64,000 nt of DNA from Eledone cirrhosa (lineage: Eukaryota), in assembly GCA_964016885.1 (NCBI GenBank), contig OZ024744.1:110236001-110300000 (forward strand), given 5' to 3'. Position 1 is the first letter of the stretch; the number at the start of each line of letters is the position of its first letter. The notes under the pieces were generated by a model, which was given only the letters and a program-made list of their open reading frames with translations, was not told the DNA's origin and ran no database searches. The position numbers and the translations under genes were made by a program. Shown here in pieces: positions 58,201 to 64,000 of the stretch.

Positions 58201-61200
58201 CACAGTAAAACTACACGATCCACTATAACTTACCTTGCCCTGAACACAGTAAAACTACACAATCCACTATAACTAACCTTGCTCTGAACACAGTAAAACT
58301 ATACAATCCACTATAACTAACCTTGCTCTGAACACAGTAAAACTACACAATCCACTATAAATTACGTTGCCCTGAACACAGTAAGACTACACAATCTTCT
58401 ATAACTTACCTTGCCCTGAACACAGTAAAACTACACAATCCACTATAACTTACCTTGCCCTGAACACAGTAAAACTACACAATCCACTATAACTTACCTT
58501 GCCCTGAACACAGTAAAACTACATATTCCACTATAACTTACCTTGCCCTGAACACAGTAAAACTACACAATCCACTATAACTTACCTTGCCCTGAACACA
58601 GTAAAACAACACAATCCACTATAAATTACCTTGCCCTGAACACAGTAAAACTACACAATCCACTATAACTTACCTTGCCCTGAACACAGTAAAACTACAC
58701 AATCCACTATAACTTACCTTGCCCTGAACACTGTAAAACTACATAATCCACTATAACTTACCTTGCCCTGAAACAGTAAAACTACACAAACCACTATAAC
58801 TTACCTTGCCCTGAACACAGTAAAACTACACAATCCACTATAACTTACCTTGCCCTGAACACAGTAAAACTACACAATCCACTATAACTTACCTTGCCCT
58901 GAACACAGTAAAACTACACAATCCACTATAACTTACCTTGCCCTGAACACAGTAAAACTACACGATCCACTATAACTTACCTTGCCCTGAACACAGTAAA
59001 ACTACACGATCCACTATAACTTACCTTGCCCTGAACACAGTAAAACTACACAATCCACTATAACTTACCTTGACCTGAACAGAGTAAAACTACACAATCC
59101 ACTATAACTTACCTTGCACTGGACACAATAAAACTACACAACCCACTATAACTTACCTTGCCCTGAACACACTAATACTACACAATCCACTATAACTTAC
59201 CTTGCACTGGACACAGTAAAACTACACAATCCACTATAACTTACCTTGACCTGAACAGAGTAAAACTACACAATCCACTATAACTTACCTTGACCTGAAC
59301 AGATTAAAACTACACAATCCACTATAACTTACCTTGACCTGAACAGAGTAAAACTACACAATCCACTATAACTTACCTTGACCTGAACAGAGTAAAACTA
59401 CACAATCCACTATAACTTACCTTGCCCTGAACACAGTAAAACTACACAATCCACTATAACTTACCTTGACCTGAACAGAGTAAAACTACACAATCCACTA
59501 TAACTTACCTTGCACTGAAAACGGTAAAACTACACAACCCACTATAACTTACCTTGCCCTGAACATAGTAAAAGAACGTAATCCACTATAACTTACCTTC
59601 CTTTGAACACAGTAAAACTACACAATCCACTATAATTTACCTTGCCCTGAACACAGAAAAACTACAAGATCCACTATAACTTACCTTGCTCTGAACACAG
59701 TAAAACTACATAATCCGCTATAACTTACCTTGCCCTGAACACAGTAAAACTAACACAATCCACTATAACTTACCTTGCCCTGAACACAGTAAAACTACAC
59801 AATCCACTATAACTTACCTTGCCCTGAACACAGTAAAACTACACAATCCACTATAAATTACGTTGCCCTGAACATACTAAAACTACACAATCTTCTATAA
59901 CTTACCTTGCCCTGAACACAGTAAAACTACACAATCCACTATAACTTTCCTTGCCCTGAACACAGTAAAACTACACAACCCACTATAACTTACCTTGCCC
60001 TGAAACAGCAAAACTACACAAACCACTATAACTTACCTTGCCCTGAACACAGTAAAACTACACAATCCACTATAACTTACCTTGCCCTGAACACAGTAAA
60101 ACTACACAATCCACTATAACTTACCTTGCCCTGAACACAGTAAAACTACAGAATCCACTATAACTTACCTTGCCCTGAACACAGTAAAACTACACAATCC
60201 ACTATAACTTACCTTGCCCTGAACACAGTAAAACTACACAATCCACTATAACTTACCTTGCCCTGAACACAGTAAAACTACACAATCCACTATAACTTAC
60301 CTTGCCCTGAACACAGTAAAACTACACAATCCACTATAACTTACCTTGACCTGAACAGAGTAAAACTACACAATCCTCTATAACTTACCTTGCCCTGAAC
60401 ACAGTAAAACTACACAATCTTCTATAACTAACCTTGCTCTGAACACAGTAAAACTACACAATCCACTATAACTTACCTTGCCCTGAACACAGTAAAACTA
60501 CACGATCCACTATAACTTACCTTGCCCTGAACACAGTAAAACTACACGATCCACTATAACTTACCTTGCCCTGAACACAGTAAAACTACACAATCAACTA
60601 TAACTAACCTTGCTCTGAACACAGTAAAACTACACAATCCACTATAACTAACCTTTCTCTGAACACAGTAAAACTATACAATCTACCATAACTTACCTTG
60701 CCCTGAACACAGTAAAACTACACAATCCACTATAACTTACATTGACCTGAACAGAGTAAAACTACACAATCCACTATAACTTACCTTGCACTGGACGCAA
60801 TAAAACTACACAACCCACTATAACTTACCTTGCCCTGAACACACTAAAACTACACAATCCACTATAACTTACCTTGCACTGGACACAGTAAAACTACACA
60901 ATCCACTATAACTTACCTTGACCTGAACAGAGTAAAACTACACAATCCACTATAACTTACCTTGACCTGAACAGAGTAAAACTACACAATCCACTATAAC
61001 TTACCTTGACCTGAACAGAGTAAAACTACACAATCCACTATAACTTACCTTGCCCGGAACACAGTAAAACTACACAATCCACTATAACTTACCTTGACCT
61101 GAACAGAGTAAAACTACACAATCCACTATAACTTAACTTGCACTGAAAACGGTAAAACTACACAACCCACTATAACTTACCTTGCCCTGAACATAGTAAA

Positions 61201-64000
61201 AGAACGTAATCCACTATAACTTACCTTCCTTTGAACACAGTAAAACTACACAATCCACTATAATTTACCTTGCCCTGAACACAGTAAAACTGCAAGATCC
61301 ACTATAACTTACCTTGCTCTGAACACAGTAAAACTACATAATCCAGTATAACTTACCTTGCCCTGAACACAGTAAAACTAACACAATCCACTATAACTTA
61401 CCTTGCCCTGAACACAGTAAAACTACACAATCCACTATAACTTACCTTGCCCTGAACACAGTAAAACTACACAATCCACTATAAATTACGTTGCCCTGAA
61501 CATACAAAAACTACACAATCTTCTATAACTTACCTTGCCCTGAACACAGTAAAACTACACAATCCACTATAACTTTCCTTGCCCTGAACACAGTAAAACT
61601 ACACAACCCACTATAACATACCTTGCCCTGAACACAGTAAAACTACACAATCCACTGTAACTTACCTTGCCCTGAACACAGTAAAACTGCATAATCCACT
61701 ATAACTTACCTTGCCCTGAACACAGTAAAACTACACAATCCACTATAACTTACCTTGCCCTGAACACAGTAAAACTACACAATCCACTATAAATTACCTT
61801 GCCCTGAACACAGTAAAACTACACAATCCACTATAACTTACCTTGCCCTGAACACAGTAAAACTACACAATCCACTATAACTTACCTTGCCCTGAACACT
61901 GTAAAACTACATAATCCACTATAACTTACCTTGCCCTGAAACAGTAAAACTACACAAACCACTATAACTTACCTTGCCCTGAACACAGTAAAACTACACT
62001 ATCCACTATAACTTACCTTGCCTTGAACACAGTAAAACTACACGATCCACTATAACTTACCTTGCCCTGAACACACTAAAACTACACAATCCACTATAAC
62101 TAACCTTGCTCTGAACACAGTAAAACTACACAATCCACTATAACTTACCTTGCCCTGAACACAGTAAAACTACACAATCCACTATAACTAACCTTGCTCT
62201 GAACACAGTAAAACTATACAATCCACCATAACTTACCTTGCCCTGAACACAGTAAAACTACACAATCCTCTATAACTTACCTTGCCCTGAACACACTAAA
62301 ACTACACAATCCACTATAACTTACCTTGCACTGAAAACAGTAAAACTACACAACCCACTATAACTTATCTTGCTCTGAACACAGTAAAACTACACAATCC
62401 ACTATAACTTACCTTGCCCTGAACATAGTAAAAGAACGTAATCCACTATAACTTACCTTCCTTTGAACACAGTAAAACTACACAATCCACTATAACTTAC
62501 CTTGCCCTGAACACAGTAAAACTACAAGATCCACTATAACTTACCTTGCTCTGAACACAGTAAAACTACATAATCCACTATAACTTACCTTGCCCTGAAC
62601 ACAGTAAAACTAACACAATCCACTATAACTTACCTTGCCCTGAACACAGTAAAACTACACGATCCACTATAACTTACCTTGCCCTGAACACAGTAAAACT
62701 ACACAATCCACTATAACTAACCTTGCTCTGAACACAGTAAAACTATACAATCTACCATAACTTACCTTGCCCTGAACACAGTAAAACTACACAATCCACT
62801 ATAACTTACCTTGACCTGAACAGAGTAAAACTACACAATCCACTATAACTTACCTTGCACTGGACACAATAAAACTACACAACCCACTATAACTTACCTT
62901 GCCCTGAACACACTAATACTACACAATCCACTATAACTTACCTTGCACTGGACACAGTAAAACTACACAATCCACTATAACTTACCTTGACCTGAACAGA
63001 GTAAAACTACACAATCCACTATAACTTACCTTGACCTGAACAGATTAAAACTACACAATCCACTATAACTTACCTTGACCTGAACAGAGTAAAACTACAC
63101 AATCCACTATAACTTACCTTGACCTGAACAGAGTAAAACTACACAATCCACTATAACTTACCTTGCCCTGAACACAGTAAAACTACACAATCCACTATAA
63201 CTTACCTTGACCTGAACAGAGTAAAACTACACAATCCACTATAACTTACCTTGCACTGAAAACGGTAAAACTACACAACCCACTATAACTTACCTTGCCC
63301 TGAACATAGTAAAAGAACGTAATCCACTATAACTTACCTTCCTTTGAACACAGTAAAACTACACAATCCACTATAATTTACCTTGCCCTGAACACAGAAA
63401 AACTACAAGATCCACTATAACTTACCTTGCTCTGAACACAGTAAAACTACATAATCCGCTATAACTTACCTTGCCCTGAACACAGTAAAACTAACACAAT
63501 CCACTATAACTTACCTTGCCCTGAACACAGTAAAACTACACAATCCACTATAACTTACCTTGCCCTGAACACAGTAAAACTACACAATCCACTATAAATT
63601 ACGTTGCCCTGAACATACTAAAACTACACAATCTTCTATAACTTACCTTGCCCTGAACACAGTAAAACTACACAATCCACTATAACTTTCCTTGCCCTGA
63701 ACACAGTAAAACTACACAACCCACTATAACTTACCTTGCCCTGAAACAGTAAAACTACACAAACCACTATAACTTACCTTGCCCTGAACACAGTAAAACT
63801 ACACAATCCACTATAACTTACCTTGCCCTGAACACAGTAAAACTACACAATCCACTATAACTTACCTTGCCCTGAATACAGTAAAACTACACAATCCACT
63901 ATAACTTACCTTGCCCTGAACACAGTAAAACTACACGATCCACTATAACTTACCTTGCCCTGAACACAGTAAAACTACACGATCCACTATAACTTACCTT
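52780..64000. repeat. Segment about 52.8-56.2 kb duplicated at about 60.5-63.9 kb (offset 7700, then 7656)
   Basis: CAATCAACTA at 52891/60591; ATTGACCTGA at 53041/60741; TTATCTTG at about 54711/62367; CAGATT at 55386/63042, with a third partial copy at 59301. Confidence 0.88.

Larger units (their letters stand above)
1..64000. repeat. Tandem satellite array, 44-bp monomer, about 1,450 copies, single orientation
   Basis: AAACTACACAATCCACTATAACTTACCTTGCCCTGAACACAGTA starts at 1, 45, 89 and continues to the window end. Most monomers differ from consensus by only a few substitutions; 43-, 45- and 26-bp length variants recur. Confidence 0.99.

Noticed and set aside
1-64000. CRISPR array
   Set aside because: There are no unique spacers; the whole 44 bp is repeated, the repeat is not palindromic, and no cas genes or leader are present.
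1-64000. Unspliced repetitive protein-coding ORF on either strand
   Set aside because: 44 is not a multiple of 3, so frames rotate through the monomer. The + strand has TAA twice and TGA, and the - strand has TAA and TAG twice, so every frame closes within about three monomers.
1-64000. Telomeric repeat or G-quadruplex array
   Set aside because: The unit is much longer than typical telomerase repeats and the G-rich strand has only one GGG per 44 bp. A subtelomeric location cannot be judged from this window.
1-64000. Assignment to a named satellite family or organism
   Set aside because: I do not recognise the monomer; a BLAST, Dfam or Repbase search is required.

Overview
The whole 64 kb window is one uninterrupted head-to-tail satellite array of about 1,450 copies of a 44-bp monomer (consensus + strand AAACTACACAATCCACTATAACTTACCTTGCCCTGAACACAGTA; A17 C14 T10 G3, about 39% GC, no CpG). 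I see no unique sequence, inversion, transposon insertion, RNA gene or long unspliced ORF, and the array runs off both window edges. It looks like eukaryotic satellite DNA, but the organism cannot be identified from the sequence. Diagnostic variants show layered higher-order structure: near-identical duplications with offsets of about 9-9.7 kb, 7.4 kb, 6.9 kb and 7.7 kb, local 4-10 monomer duplications, and left- versus right-specific variant families. The most striking feature is on the minus strand, where each consensus monomer reads TTTTACTGTGTTCAG|GGCAAG|GTAAGT: an acceptor-like site, a 6-nt frame-preserving micro-exon candidate and a consensus U2-type splice donor. The motif is seen directly; whether it is transcribed or spliced is untested. 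Coordinates and offsets were counted by hand and block boundaries are approximate.
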